Assembly (NCBI GenBank): GCA_003971905.1
Contig: RSEE01000163.1
Span: forward strand, 1 to 64,000
Direction: 5' to 3'
DNA: 64,000 nt
Origin: Moniliella sp. 'wahieum'
Lineage: Eukaryota
Below are positions 36,028 through 49,756 of the stretch, in pieces (the first letter of the stretch is position 1; the number at the start of each line of letters is the position of its first letter). The position numbers and the translations under genes were made by a program. The notes under the pieces are model-generated. The model saw only the letters and a program-made list of their open reading frames with translations, was not told the origin of the DNA and did not search any database.

Positions 36028-38209
36028 GGGGTGGGGGGGGGGGGAGAATGGGCGCGGGAGGGTGCCTTGGGAGGTCGCTGATGGCAGGCGATGGGAGGCG
36101 TTCTTGGGGATGGGGTGCAGATGCAGATTGAAATTGCAGTGAACCTCGCGGCGCTGCGCACCGCGCCACAGTCGGACTGCACAGCAGCCCCGTCCCTGCC
36201 TCGTGCCCCACCGCGCCGCGTGCCAGCAGCCAAGCCGGTCCAAATCCGACCCACTCCACGCTGGCCCCCTTGCCAAGAACACTCCACTGCCTTCGCCGCC
36301 GGGACCGCAGCCGCACTCGCAGTCGCACTCGCGGCGACGCTCGCAGTCACGCTCGCGGTGGTCCGGCATGCAGGACCGAAGCTGCTCACTGACGCTGCTG
36401 GTGACCCTCGTGTCGTACCGCAACCCCAGACCGAGCAGGGGCCATATTGGAGACAGTCGACGGAGGGAAGAGGGTGCATCCGCTCACGCCTTCGATGGTT
36501 CCTGGACATAGTAGAACCGTTTGTACGGTTACACCTGCAGTTGCAGTAGCATCTGTTGAGCCATCGGGTGGCTCGTGCTTTGGCCAACGTCCCTTCAGTT
36601 CCTCCTCAGGCCTTGGAGTTCCGTTGTTTTCTCTCTCCTGGTTTTCCTCGTTCAGCAGCTTAGGCCCCTGATGGGGACTCGTGCTTTTTGATTGCCCTCG
36701 GTAGGCGTTGCTGGTGGGCTTAGACCACCACACCAGTGCGATTGCATCACCTCGAGGACCATCAGACCTCAGGTTCCAGGTCTCATCAGCATCCTGCAGT
36801 GTACTACCCCGGAGGAGGAACAACCCCCCTCTTCCAGGCCTGGTCCATACATCTGACGCTTGAAGCTTGAAGGTTGAAGGTTGACTAGTGACTTGAAGCT
36901 TCGAGACGAGTGCGAGCCCGGAACGGCGTGTAGCACTTCAGGGATGGCTACATTGCGCTACAGCCATGCCGAACGATCACGATCGATTGTGAACGACGAC
37001 TGCGGCCTGCTGGACTATGAGATGGTGGCAGACACCTACCTGCGTTGCAGCTTTCAAGCTTCAGCAGGTATGGATATGGATGGGCAAAGGGCCTGTGCTC
37101 GCTGGCGATCAGCGCCAGTCCAAAGCCATGCTGTCTCCCATCTTGGCGCCTTGTGGGCACCACTTTATGGGCCGGGCCTACGTCGCACAAGCTTTCTTGC
37201 GAAGCACATGCCAGAGGGCTAGTGTTGGACCTGGTACAATGTCACAATGTCACACAGCCAGCCGAACGGCAGGTTTGGTTCCAAGTTGGGCGTGGGAGAG
37301 CGCTGATGTGCTGGTGCTCAGCTGAGTGTGATGAGCGGCAGAACGTGACGATTATTGAACTTCAACTCGTACACAGTCTGAGTACACACTCCATATTCAA
37401 CTCAACATCAACCGCCGAGACGATGAATGGGATCTCAAAAGGGGATCGCAGTTTGGGATGGGGGAATGGGCTGCGCATCTAAAAGCTAGATGGGATCGTC
37501 CGGGCACTTTCGCTGTGCGCTTGGCGCGATCGTCGATCGGGGCCAGTTGGCACGCCTGGGGTGGCACCCCGGCCCCGCGAGCATGGGCGCAGGCAGGCGG
37601 GCACCGAGGCGGAGGTCGAGCAGCTCGAGCACGCAGGCACTCAGGCGGGGTTCTACGTTCTGCGTGGAAGAACCAGCGGCACCTGCTTCGTCCGTGGGCA
37701 TCGCCGCTCGTGAGCTTCTTGGCTTTGGCCGTGGCGTGGACTGGTCCCCGTCCGCGGTGCCTGTGGTTTTGCCATCCTACAGCTGGCCTCGACCGATCGG
37801 GACGGTGGGGGTGCACACTGGGCCCGTGCGTGGGGCAGACACACGGGCCAGGTGCGGGACAGGACCAACCCTACCATTCCTCCTCCGCTTCGGATCGTCA
37901 AGAACGGCGAGGCAGTGCAGGCCCCGGCCGGCACGGGGCGGCTGTGCCTGGCTGTGTGCTCTGGCGCTGGCAGCTGGCATGCGCACTATGTAGGGCAGCG
38001 GGTGACGTCAGAGGATGCGCACAGGCACCGCGCCAGGGCTGCGTCTTTTTTGGGGGCACATGAGCATCTTCACTTCATACTCCGTACTTTCTATTGGGAT
38101 TCACTCTTGCTCTCGCCAGCATCCACCCATCCAACCACCTGTCCCGCCCCATCCATCCCATCCTAACCCACCACCACCACCACCCACGAGGCTGGGTGTG
38201 CTGCCCGCC

Positions 38210-41200
38210 ATGCCGCGCCTCGTCGACTCGCTCCCAACCGCCCCTCCCACACCTACAGCGACTCGGGCGCCCCCCCGGCACCTACTCCTACCCCCACTCG
38301 TACGCCGGCAGCACCAGCGATGCTGCCTCCCTTGTCGGCGCCCGCTACGCCGCCTCGTCCGCCTCGGCCTATGCCAGCGGCCATGGCGCCCGCCCCCGCC
38401 AGAGCCGCAAGGGCGGCCCCCGCTTTGCTGCGCCCGAGCCCACCATCCTGAGCGGCAACATGTTCTCCGCCTCGGGGCCCCTCGCCCGCCCCGATCTCGC
38501 CCACGCCCCGCCGCCCAACCAGCTGTCCAACGGCTTTTACTACGCCCCCGCCGCTCCCGCCTCGGCAGCCTCAGCGCGGCACCGACCGCGCGCCTACCAC
38601 TCTACACGCGCCCCCTCGCTCCTCTCGGACGACGACGACGTCCGCTCCCAGGGCAGCGCCGCGACCAACCGCTCCTCCCGCTCGCTCGGCACCTGGCTCG
38701 GCTCTCTCAGCCCGCGCAGCCCCCGCACCAAGACGCCGTCTCGCCCGACCCGCTACTCGTACGCCGCTGCCCTCGAGCAGCAGCAGGCACCCTCGCTCCA
38801 CCCCAACCGCACCAGCGCAGCCCATGCCCTCCGTCTATGGCCCACCTTCGCCCCACACCCCGCCTTCGCTCCGCAGCCCATGCACGCAGGATATGTCCCG
38901 GCGCCCCCCCGCTCGGCCCATGGGACAAGCGCCGCCACCCGAAGCTTTTCGCCCGCCCACCCAACCGGCCATCGTACGTCGCTCCCCCCTCCCCCGCTCG
39001 CGTCAACCCTCGTATTCTGACCCCTGGCGATTTCCCCCAGTAGGCAACGCACACGGCGCACCCAACCCCTACGTTCCTTCCGCTGTGTCGCACGCCTCAA
39101 GCCTGGCCAGCCGGCACGGCGCTACCCCTCGCCCCTGCTGGCTTCCACACCCCACACACGCACTCTCCCGAGCCGTACCACGTCCACGCCCACGCCCAGC
39201 AGGAATGTCACCGCCAATGGGCGCCGGCTATAGCCAATGGGACGTTCCGCCGAGCCCGGGTGTGCGCGGGGCTGGTGCCGGCCCGAGCGGACGGGACTGG
39301 GATCGTTCATGGCCTCGGTCGCTGGGACGGAGATTGCGCGCTTGTGGGAGCGGCCACAAGAGTCGGGCATTGTTGCGCCGCCGCCTCCAGCGCCGATTGC
39401 CGTCAGCGCAGGCGTGGGCGCCAGGACCTGTGCGGGCCCCGCAACAGCGCCGATCAGTTCACTCCTGGATCAACGGCGAATGGCCTGGCGCGCAAGCAGG
39501 ATCACCTTGAACGCATTCGCGCCGAGTTGGCGTACGAAACGCAGGCTGCTGCCGCGCCCGCCCCTTGCCCATGCCGCGGTCCCCGCACCTGCTCCCAGAC
39601 CGGCAGTCCTGGACGCAGCGGCGCAGGTGGTGGGCACGTGGCCGCCGCTCGGGGCTCCGGTCACTGTCACCCCGAACCTGGAGCCCGTGTCGGCGCCACT
39701 GCGTGAGTTGGGTCAGATGAACAGAGCCAGTCGCCGTCGGTGGGCAGCGTGGCGCTTTCCACGCCCATCTCGGCTCCGCTTTCGGGCCCTGGGACCGGAA
39801 CGTCGTCGCCGCTCCCGGTGTTCCGGGAGCCCGAGGAGAAAGGGATGGCGGGCAAGCACGCTCCCGCGGACGCTGATGTTGACGTTGACGATGACGGTGA
39901 CGCTGAACAGGCAAGCGAGAAGGATGAGTCGGAGGAAGAAACTTCGTCGTCGTCTTCTGACGCGCACGAACCGCTGCACCGGAGCTACCTGACTGACCCC
40001 CGCGTCGATAGGGCGTCCGCCTCCGTGTCGTCCCCGCTTCGTGCGAGGAGGAGGACGAGGAGGAGGAAGACGAGTCAGAGGGAGACAAGCAAGAAGAGGA
40101 GGAGAGGAGGACAATGACGAGCAAGGAGAGAATCCGAAGCAGAGGAAGGAGAGGAGGAGGAAGTGAAGGAGAGGATGATGTGGCGTACCCGCAAGCCGAG
40201 TGGGCCCACGTGCCTCGGGGTATGCTGGAGAGGGTGGCAGAGGAGAGCGAGGATGGGTCTTCGTTTGCGCCTTCCCGTCCTGTCAGCCTCCGTCCTGTTC
40301 CAGTTCCCCTTGATCCAGACTGGATGCAGCCCCGACGCAGGCACCTGACGCCCATGCAAGTGCACTGCCATGGCTCAGGCCCGAACCCGTCGTTCCCGCT
40401 CCGGTTCCTGCTCAACCAGTAGAGGAGGAGAAGCCCTTGGAGCAAACATCGAAAGTCTCCTTGCCAGCAAGTGAACCAGAAGAGCGCGATACCGGTGTCA
40501 GTCCTGCGCCTGCGTTGGTTCCTGGTACGCCCCCCACGAGCGCAGGAATGCAAGTGTTGCGGCGCCCTTGCCCCTGCCGCCTGCTCTTTGGGGAGATGGA
40601 TGAGCACCCTCGCCGTCACCGCTCTCCCGACCTCCGCAATGTGTCTGCAGACCCAGCGACTGAGGGCAATCGTGCCCCTTCGTTGGAGAAGCAGCGTAGC
40701 GTGGCAGACGAACCGGGTCTGGCTGGTGCAGAGACAGGGAGAGTGGCCCACTTGAAAGAGCTGTCCCTGGGGTCTATGTTTGGGGTGGAGGGTGTGCTTC
40801 CAGCGGGCTCGCCAGCATCAAGCGCCAAGGAACGGCCCGTGTCCGGTCCTCAGGCGCCCGAGCTGCCTGGCCCTGGCCTGCCGCCAACGCTACCGCTACC
40901 GCTGCCGCTGCCGTCTCGGTCCCGGCTACGCCCAAAACGGCGGTGCAAGGCTTGCCGGCCGACAGCACGTCGGCATCGCCAGCCTCGACTCGGAGTGCAG
41001 GACGAGAGGAACTGTTTGGTCCCAGTTTGCGTGGCTTGTTGGGTCGCTGGTTGGGTGACTCGCCGCGGGCGCCGACGACGGACCTTCCGACACTAGACCC
41101 CGTTTCTACCGCTGAGGAACCCACGGCGCCCATGCCCCAGGAGAAGGACAAGGACAAGGAGGAGGAAGGAACGGGAATGCACCGGTCAGAGACTGTTTAT

Positions 41201-44200
41201 GTCGATGCGGCAATGCATCGGTCAGAGACCGTTTATGTCGATGCGGTCATGTACCGGTCGGAAACCATGTTCCTCGAAGCGAACGAGCGCCCGGTCACAC
41301 CTCCCGTCGAGGAGAGACGTACCTCAATCCGGAACTGACAGCATCGTGGCTGAGCGCCACACAAGCCGTCGAGGCGGCGAGCCCCCCTACGGCGAATACG
41401 GAGAAGCCAACGGGAACGGAACGGGAATGGAGAACGTCGCTTCCACTTCCGTTGCTCCCGCGCTGGCGGCCAGCCCCAGCGTCCTGTCGCGGAGCCGCTT
41501 TCAACGTGCATCCACGCCTCCCTCTCCCTCGCCGGCCTCACCCTTGCGTCCGACCCGTGAAACGGCACTGTCGTCATCGCCGAGCGGAGCGATGGCGGAC
41601 CGGAACATGCCCACCACACGCTCCTTCTCGACATTGACTTCTACTGCCAATATGCCGGCACAAAGCCGGTCCCCACCGCGCTCCCCCGTGCCACACCTCT
41701 CTCTACTGCTTCCCCGCCCGACCCAGCACCAGCCAGGCTCCCCTCTCATCTACTACCCCGACTCGTTCACCAGCCAAGAAGCTGGCTGACGGGTTGGGAC
41801 TGGGCAAGCTGCGCTTCAGCAAGACGAAGTCCAGCGCCCTTTCCTCGCCCGCCTCGTCTGTGTCGCCTGTCTCTCCGGTTTCCCCCGTAGCAAAGGCAAA
41901 TTCGGGGCCGAGCAGCCCAACGACAAAGGTCACGACGGGTAATCCGCTGTACCCGGGCTTCGTGCCCCTCGCTCGCCTTCCCCTCCCGCCTCTTCTTCCC
42001 CCACCCCGCGGCCGTCAACCCCCCGCAGGCCGTGGGGATCCGACGACGTCTAAAATGGCGGAGGTAGCGCCTACGATGGCGGAAGAGGTGGAACCGTCGG
42101 CAGTCCCATCCAAGTCTGCCCGACACGTCAGGGACCGCTGTCACCTTACCTCACGCTCCGGTCCTCCTCTCTCTTCCGCCTACGATCCGATGCCCACCCC
42201 GTCTCCCCCGCCCCCTCGTCCAGGGATACTACGACCCGCCGGAAGCGCCCTCGCCCGTGCCCATGTCGAGAGACCCCAGTGTGTTTTACGATGCGCCGGC
42301 GAGCCGACCCGTCACCGCGCTGGGCCTGCCGGACGAGGCTGACCAGGCGCCGCCACAGAACCTGGAGGGCAAAGCCAAGGAAACCGAGGCGAGTGTGGCA
42401 GCCGTGGAAGCCGAACCGGCTCCGCGTGCCCAGCTAGCGATGCTCAGCCCAGCCCGAGCCGACAACCAGCCGGACTCGGTGCCGTCATCATGCCGGTTCC
42501 CCAAGACGTTGAGCCCGATCCCCCTTCGGCGCCTCTCACTGAAGCTGTGGCCGCCGTGCCAGCCCCACAGCCCGATACGCAAAGTGCGAGCAAGGTGTCA
42601 AAACCGGAAACGGCCAACACGGTCGCCCCATTAGCCTCGTTGCCTTCAGCTGCCCTGGCTGCGGCTTTACCCTCGTCCGCATCTGCGTCTTCCTCCCCAC
42701 CCGCTCGGAGCACGGCTTCTGTACCGGTGCCTAAAAAGGATGTGTCTCAGGATGCTGCGCGCCACGACAGGCTGCTGCTACTGCAAGTTCTACGGCTCCC
42801 TCCGTTCCAGCCGCCTCGGAAGCTGCTGTTTCGGCCGTGACGCCAACCATCGCGTCCACGCAACCTCCGCACCCTCCGGTTCCTGCCGACGCCCCTGCCG
42901 GCCCCGTTCGAGCCCCCTTCACTGGCGGGCTGGCATCGACAGCGTCGGATGACGTGCTGCCCGCTCGGCTCTGGTCGCTGCTCTGCCGATTTCGACTGAG
43001 GTCGCTGCGCATTCGGCCTTGGGACTGTCCCTGAGCGCCCCGCATGCTGAGGATGCTTCGGGCCCAGGCAAAGATCAGTCGATGAGCCCCTCGCGTCCGC
43101 CGCGGCAGCGCCCCGTGCTAGGCAGTCCAGCTGCCTCTCGTAGCCCCCGCTGCGGCCGAGCCCGCAACCCGGCCTTGCGCGTCTACCGTCGGATTCACCG
43201 AAGAGTGCTGGTACAGCTCCTGGTTTGTTGTTGCTCCCGGACCCCCAAACGGAGACGGTGGCTGCTCCGGCCACGTCTGCCATCTCGTCGACGGGGGCGA
43301 AAGTGGGAAACCAAAGTCGGCTGCGCCGGTGGGAGCAAGCAAGGCATCGGAGGTGAAGGTGGTGGAGAAACACCCTGCTGTCAAGAGCAAGAAGAAAAAG
43401 AGCAAAGCCGTGGCAGGTCAAAACGAAGACAAGGGGAGCCACGACCCAACCCTCGTTCTTCCTGGCGGCGTGATTGTCACTCGGTTGGCAACAAGCGAAG
43501 GCAAGACTCGGAAAAAGTCTGGGGCTGGGGCTGGAGCAAAGAAGGCACTGCTCCAACCGTTGAACCAAAAGACAATGTCAGCTTCGGCTTCGGCTTCAGC
43601 TCCAAACAACAAGCCTACCCTTGTTTCTGCCACCACCGCAACTTCTGCCCCTACTTCGCACCAATCTGTGCCGAGCGAAGGGGCAACAAAAATGACAGCC
43701 GTGGCATCTGCCTCTTCGATCTCTGGTTCACCCAGGGGCCTGCCGAACCCCCTTCCGTCCAGTACGAGCGTTTCGGCGCCCCAGGCCCCTGGCCGTACAT
43801 CCTCCGTTCGCAGCGGCCGCAGCGGCCGTAGCGGCCGGATGGGCAACCCGGAACCGGCCCTGTCCGACTCGGGTTCGTACCGCCAACGTCCCAAGATTGG
43901 GCTTGCGGTGGGACGGCCCATGGAGAGTATTGATGAGTGGCAAAGCAGCCTTCCGTCGGACGCGGGTGCCCGTCGCGCCCTGGCCCCGCCGCCCATTCGG
44001 CCTGCGTTCATGTCGGGTTCCGTCGCCTCGTTGAGTGCCAGTTCGCTTGATGCGCCGACGGAACGCACGCCGGACTGGATCAAGTCGGCGCCGCTTGGTG
44101 CCCCCACCGCGGCTCTCTTGACGGATCTTCCTCGTGCATCCGCCTCAGCAGCGACGTTGATGCCCCACTCGCCTTCCTCCCTGTCGAGCAATGGGGTGCC

Positions 44201-45559
44201 ACTCCAACGCCTCTCGCTCACCCAACAAAACCTCGCCTCGGTCCCGGGTACGCTACCTCGCGTGCCGGCCCGCCATCGATCATGAGCTCCCCCGCCGCCC
44301 CGCTTGGTGCAGCGGCGCGCCAGACAGCTACGACGGAGCGGCCTCGGCGGTTGTCCCAGCAGGAGGGTATGTTGCGGAATAAGACGACGATGGCAACGGT
44401 GGCGATCACCAGTGCTGTCCAACTCAGTGCGCAGAGCAGTGCGAGTGTGTGGCGGTTCAAAAAGCGCGACCAGGTGCCGCCGTCGGATCAGCTGACCCAA
44501 CCAATGATTGGGCTCACCGCCCACATGGCCCCGCCGCGCAAGGTGGGATCCAAAGAGGTCTTGGTCGCTGTGATTGCTGTCGCGATTGATGCGGTGGATC
44601 GGAGGATTGTCATGGAGCGTGCCCAAGGCCCCGACGCGTACGGTTTTGTGCCGGGCCGGAGCTTTTGTGGCCGGATTGTCGAGGTGGGCTGGGCGGTGGA
44701 TAGCCTGCGAAAAGGCGATATTGTCTTTGGCTTGACAGACTCGAAAAAGGTATGTGGAGACTGACGCTGTCTATTGGTTGGACCCGGACACTGACCTCGC
44801 CCTTCGTTTTTGTTTTGCTTGCCTGCAGTCGGGTGCGCTGGCCGAGTTCTTGGCTATTGACTATTCTCTGGTAGCCAAAGCGCCCGAGGAAAGTTTGACC
44901 ACCGAGCAGATCGCCGCCTTACCTGCCACAGGCGCGCTGGCGTTCCAAGTCCAACAGCACTATTGCCAGCAGCTCGAGCGCGGCTCGCGTGTGCTCATCC
45001 TCAATGCGCATGATGGGGTGGGGCTCTTGACGATGCAAGCCTGCACGCGGCTGGGCTGATCATTGTGGCGCAGTGTCCGCCGTCAGCGACGGATGGGTAT
45101 GCGATTGCGCAGGCCAACGGGGCGCACGAGGTGATTGTAGGCGAGGCGTTGTGGGCGATCAATTCGCTGCACGAAAGCAGCTTTGACTTGGTCGTCGACA
45201 CGATTGGCGGCCGAAGGCTGTACGATGCTTCGCGGCGCATCTTGGCGCGCGAGGGGCACTTTGTCACGTGCTATGGCGATCAAGGCCAGGCTGGCCAGCC
45301 GGGCATGAAGAACCACCTCCACTCGCTCCGGCGTACCTTTTTCAAGAAGGACCGCAAGCACATTGAATACGAGTGGATCGGCGTGGATCTGGGGGCGGAT
45401 ACGCACGATGCGTTGGAAAGCATGCGACGGGCCGCGCTCGACGGCACAATCTGCCCCGTCTCAACTCCATCTTGTCCCTCGACGATGCCAACCCCGCCTT
45501 TGACTCGCCCTGCTCCCTCCGATTCCGCCGCGACGGTCGTCATCCGCGTCGCAGGCTAA
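38210..45559 (+). CDS. Very large, mostly disordered protein ending in a GroES/Rossmann MDR (Ast1/Yim1-like oxidoreductase) domain; intron at ~44750-44828
   Basis: C-terminal EVLVAVIAVAIDAVD..GFVPGRSFCGRIVEVG..KGDIVFGL|SGALAEF..EQIAALP..RVLILNAHDGVG..FDLVVDTIGG. Upstream is continuous coding-like sequence from gccATG at 38210. That it is a single gene is inferred. Confidence 0.7.
41177..41284 (+). repeat. 36-bp coding tandem repeat x3 (MHRSETVYVDAA / MHRSETVYVDAV / MYRSETMFLEAN)
   Basis: Read directly from the sequence and from ORF 40943..41338. Confidence 0.9.
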
Positions 45560-48500
45560 TGCGCCTACTCGGGGAGTTTTCTTCCCACCCTCCGCCCCGA
45601 CGGCTGGCTGTGTGCCCAGGCCTACTGGTATATATTCATCATCCTCCGTCGCTCCAGGCCAATATCTCTGTCGACTATTATTCGCTCGCCTTGATTCCCG
45701 CTGCTCCGATCCCTGGATCGGATTTTCCTGGAGTTGATTTATTTCTCCTCCCCCCCCACATCCCTCTCCGAGCGACACCACCTTCCCTTTCATCTCCTCT
45801 CACTGCGCTAATTAAGTCTGAAGGGCCTCCTACTATGACCCCCCCCCCCCCTCCCCGTGACCTCTCCTCCTCCTCCCTGTTGTTTGTCTCTGTTTCTACC
45901 TGTCGTTGTCGTGTTCTGCTGCATTTTTGTTTGTCGCGGTCGTGTATGGAACCAAGGCTGCCCCTGATCGTATCTATCCCAAGTTCATTCGTTGTTCCAT
46001 CAGCTCAGTGTCTTCTCGTCTCGATGATCGCCGATCCTGTTGGTGTGGCCTAATAGCTACTAGTACTAGTTCTCTCCTTATTGCAGACGGAAGTATAGAC
46101 ACTTCGGTACTGCAACATCAAAAGTGCCCTACAAAAACGAGTAACCCCCCGCTGAGCCATCTCATTCATCCACTCTATGGCTATATGGTAAGAAGGGGGA
46201 GAGAGGTTTTATCGGTCAGGAATCATGGTTCCCGCGCGCCTGTCATGGGGGGGGTCCGAGGTGCCTCCCCCCTGTAATTTAGGGGTATAAACCCTTGGAC
46301 AGATCAATCGGTGGCTCGTACGTTAGGTCCTGCTCCAGATCCTGGTTGAACCGCCGAGCGGGTGTAGAGGCGAGGGAGAGACCCTCTAGTTTGGGTGGCT
46401 GCCTGCGTGCAAAGGCTGCAGTCCAGACCCTCCGAGGTAGGAGCCGCGTACGTAGGTCGTTAGACCAGCTGAAGGGGTTCAGGAGCTCCGAAGTTACTCT
46501 GTTCCTCGCAGCGTTACCACACTCGGTACGCTGTAGCTGTGGCGGGGACAGACAGAGTCCTAAAGAGTAACCGCGGCTTGCAGTGCACTCGAAGACGTAA
46601 GTCGTAAATTCGTAAGCGTAAGGGTGGTAGAAGGTGGAAGGGCGAGAGATGAACTGGCAGTCGGGGAGGCCAAAGATAGAAGACAGGATGGTCGACAAGG
46701 ACTACAGCTAGCAAGCCTTAGACATGGCTGCTTATATACAGCAGAAGGAATCAGGCCTCAAAGTGCCTCATGACAGGTATAGACAGAATGCGGGGCACTT
46801 CCCAGAGAGGGAAAGACTAATGCACAGCCCTTGCTCTCCAAGGCGCTGACGATGCGTATAGTCGGGCACAGCAGGAAGGGTTCTGACAAGACTGGACGCA
46901 ACGGGCACGAAGCATCGCACCGATAAAAGCCCATGCGACTAGGGCGGGCCGCGGATGATATCCCCAGCAAGGATAAGGTGTTGACTGGCTCTCTATCGCT
47001 AGTCTAACCGGACTGACGCGTGTTGGGCTGATGATCGATGAGATGTCTACGACATGCGGGGCTCAGCGTCCGTCGGAGATAACGGAGCGCCCCGTAACAT
47101 GGACCATGCAACGTATGTATCCCCAGTCTTCTCCTGGCGGCACCGGTGTCCCTAGTACCTCTGGCAAAGCCAGAAAAGAGGAAGTAATAGAGAGTCTGCG
47201 ACATACCTTCGGTCATTCTGTGCCGCTCGTATTGCCAACTTCTACTACAATAACTATAAAAGACGGACGTGCCAGATCCGCACCGGAGTACAACTGTATA
47301 CCTCCCTCCAATTATTTCTCAAGATGTCTTCACACTTGTGTTTTTTCCTTCTTGTCGATGGTTGTGGTGAGCAGATTCATCCTATGTGTATCAGGCCGAC
47401 GAATCCAACGAGAAAGACACATAATATAGCCCGGGAGAGGGCTGACATCGTAATTGAATTGAAGTGAGGGAGAGAGTAGAGCAAACTTACTGTGCAAACT
47501 GAAGCAGGACACGCCCAAGTTGGTTAGTTACATGGGCGCGGAGTAGGTTCTGTTGTTGCTGTGACGGAGTTGCTGGCTTCCCACAGGCGAAGACCTTCCC
47601 TGCCTATCGGAGACAAGATTCACGGAGGACTGAACGCGTTTCAGATTAAAAGTCCAAGGAACACTGGGGTGAGCATAGGAAGGTCGCGAGCAGTGCTTTG
47701 CTGTTCGTGGCAGACAGAGCCAGGTTGCGTCTACAAGAGCTTGCACGGTAGGGGCCGTACGAGAAAGCGGGGAGCTCCGATGGGCGAGGAGGGCAAGCGA
47801 GCTTTCAGAAAGGTCTCGTTATAGTGGGGATTGCCTAGAAGAAGGGTGAGGGGAAAAGAGTGGTGGGCGGTTTTGGCCTTACTATTGGATCTATAATAAG
47901 AACAGGCAGGTTTCATAGAAGAGAAGAGGAACAAATGAAAGACCAACCGGTCCACAGCGAAAAGGGGAAACGAGTCAAGGCGAAGAAATGAGGACCAAGT
48001 ACGAGAAGCACGAGGCGAGAGACGAGGCGAGAAACCGCGCCGAAACCATGTATAGTGTTTTGGATTTTTAGACTAACGCGAGCGAAGAAGAGATAAATCC
48101 TGCCTGTGTATATCTTGATCCAAATCACAAAATCATTGCCAGCTAGCGGGTTCTTCCGAACTCCCTTTGCCTTTCGTTCCACACCTCTCTACAACAAAGA
48201 GGAGGACATCGTTGCCCAAAGTTTGAGCTTGTGAGCAGAAGCCGGGATTAAAGCTGAGATCTACTGAAGACAACTTCAGTTGAGCTGTGAAAGCTTCCCG
48301 GGTTGGATTTGGGAAAGCCGAAAGACTGAGGGACTGGCAATCTGGAACTGGGAGGTGGAAAGCTGAGAGGCTAAAAGGCGGAGGAGAGCGGAGAGTAGAG
48401 AGCAGAGACAGCTAAGTGGAAGAGGCCAAAGCTGAATCTATTGTCTGGATTGACAAACTATGGAGACACCAATGGAAGATGCGGGGAAAACCAAGAACCA

Positions 48501-49756
48501 TTGCTTACAGGCAGGCACTACAGTTGAAACCACAGGGCACAGTCGTGACAGGCATATAGGAACACAGAAGTATTGATAGGCAAAGGGCAACTGTCGTCTT
48601 TACTGTTGTTGTTTTTCCAAAGATATCCGTATAGGTCGATGGCCATTTTCACCTAACATCTCGTACGAGGCTCTGCGATCATGGTATAACTTGATTGGGG
48701 TTGGGAATTATAGCTCTGTTAAGACACGCTATGAATAAAGGACTAGGCCGTTGATGGGATCAAATGTGCCGAGGCCCGTATAAGAGCAAAGGTGCAACGT
48801 GAAGGATACTCATACAAAAGTAAAACGAACATCAAGAGGTTATATCCTTACCCTCAACCATATTATTCCAGTCCACCACTGCCTGCTACTAAAAACACGC
48901 CTTTTTTCAGCGGAGTCGAGTCAGCTCGGCACCTTCGGTTTCACTTCCGTGTGGGTCCACCTCTCCACACATCTTGACCCACAGACCACCTACAGACCAT
49001 AAATATAGCAAGGGAAAGAGGAACGCAACAGCAAAGTAGAGGATCCAGGGGATCTGGATTCCATTCACCCATTTTCTTCCCGATGCCACACAGTCGTTTC
49101 CCCTCCTCTTGTACTACATCAACAACAGTGTGGTTTTATATGCGAGCGCTTCGAGACGTATAACCTTCTTGAAGGCTTGATAGGCGCCCCATATCGATAT
49201 CCCCCACCCGCGCGCGTCGCTGGCTTCGCGGTAGAGGGGGGACACGAGCAGAGAGGCGGAGAAAGGGAGATGAACGGATGGACAAAATGTAGTCATGATG
49301 ACAGAAGTGTTGGGACAGGGGGAAAAGACGGAGCAACATGGCGATATACGAACGGATGATTAACGTATAGGTAGATATAGAAATAGTCCGCGGTCGAGAT
49401 GTATAGGATGCAGAAAAGGACATTATTCACCTCTCACAGGCGCTCTGGGGTGCGGCAGTGGGTGCGCCACACATCTTTAAGAGTGGAGAACATACACAGG
49501 ACGATCGCAAGAAGTCCAGCCCGGCGTGGAGCCGAGACATTATACTAGGGGGATGATCGAGATGATAAATGATTCATGGAAAGAATGGCTGTTCTTGCAA
49601 TACCAAAAAAACGAATGGATGCCGCCATGTGATCGCTCCCACCCCGTCGACAAAGAGGCTGCAATCCACCGCCCGCGTCGAGCCAACATCCCATCAATTT
49701 TTCCACGGTGCACTGTTCGCCGCGCCTCTCTCGCATGTGGCACCGAGGACTGATTG

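Noticed and set aside
30407..41284. Short direct repeats as CRISPR-like arrays
   Set aside because: The repeats are contiguous with no spacers, the context is eukaryotic, and there are no cas genes.
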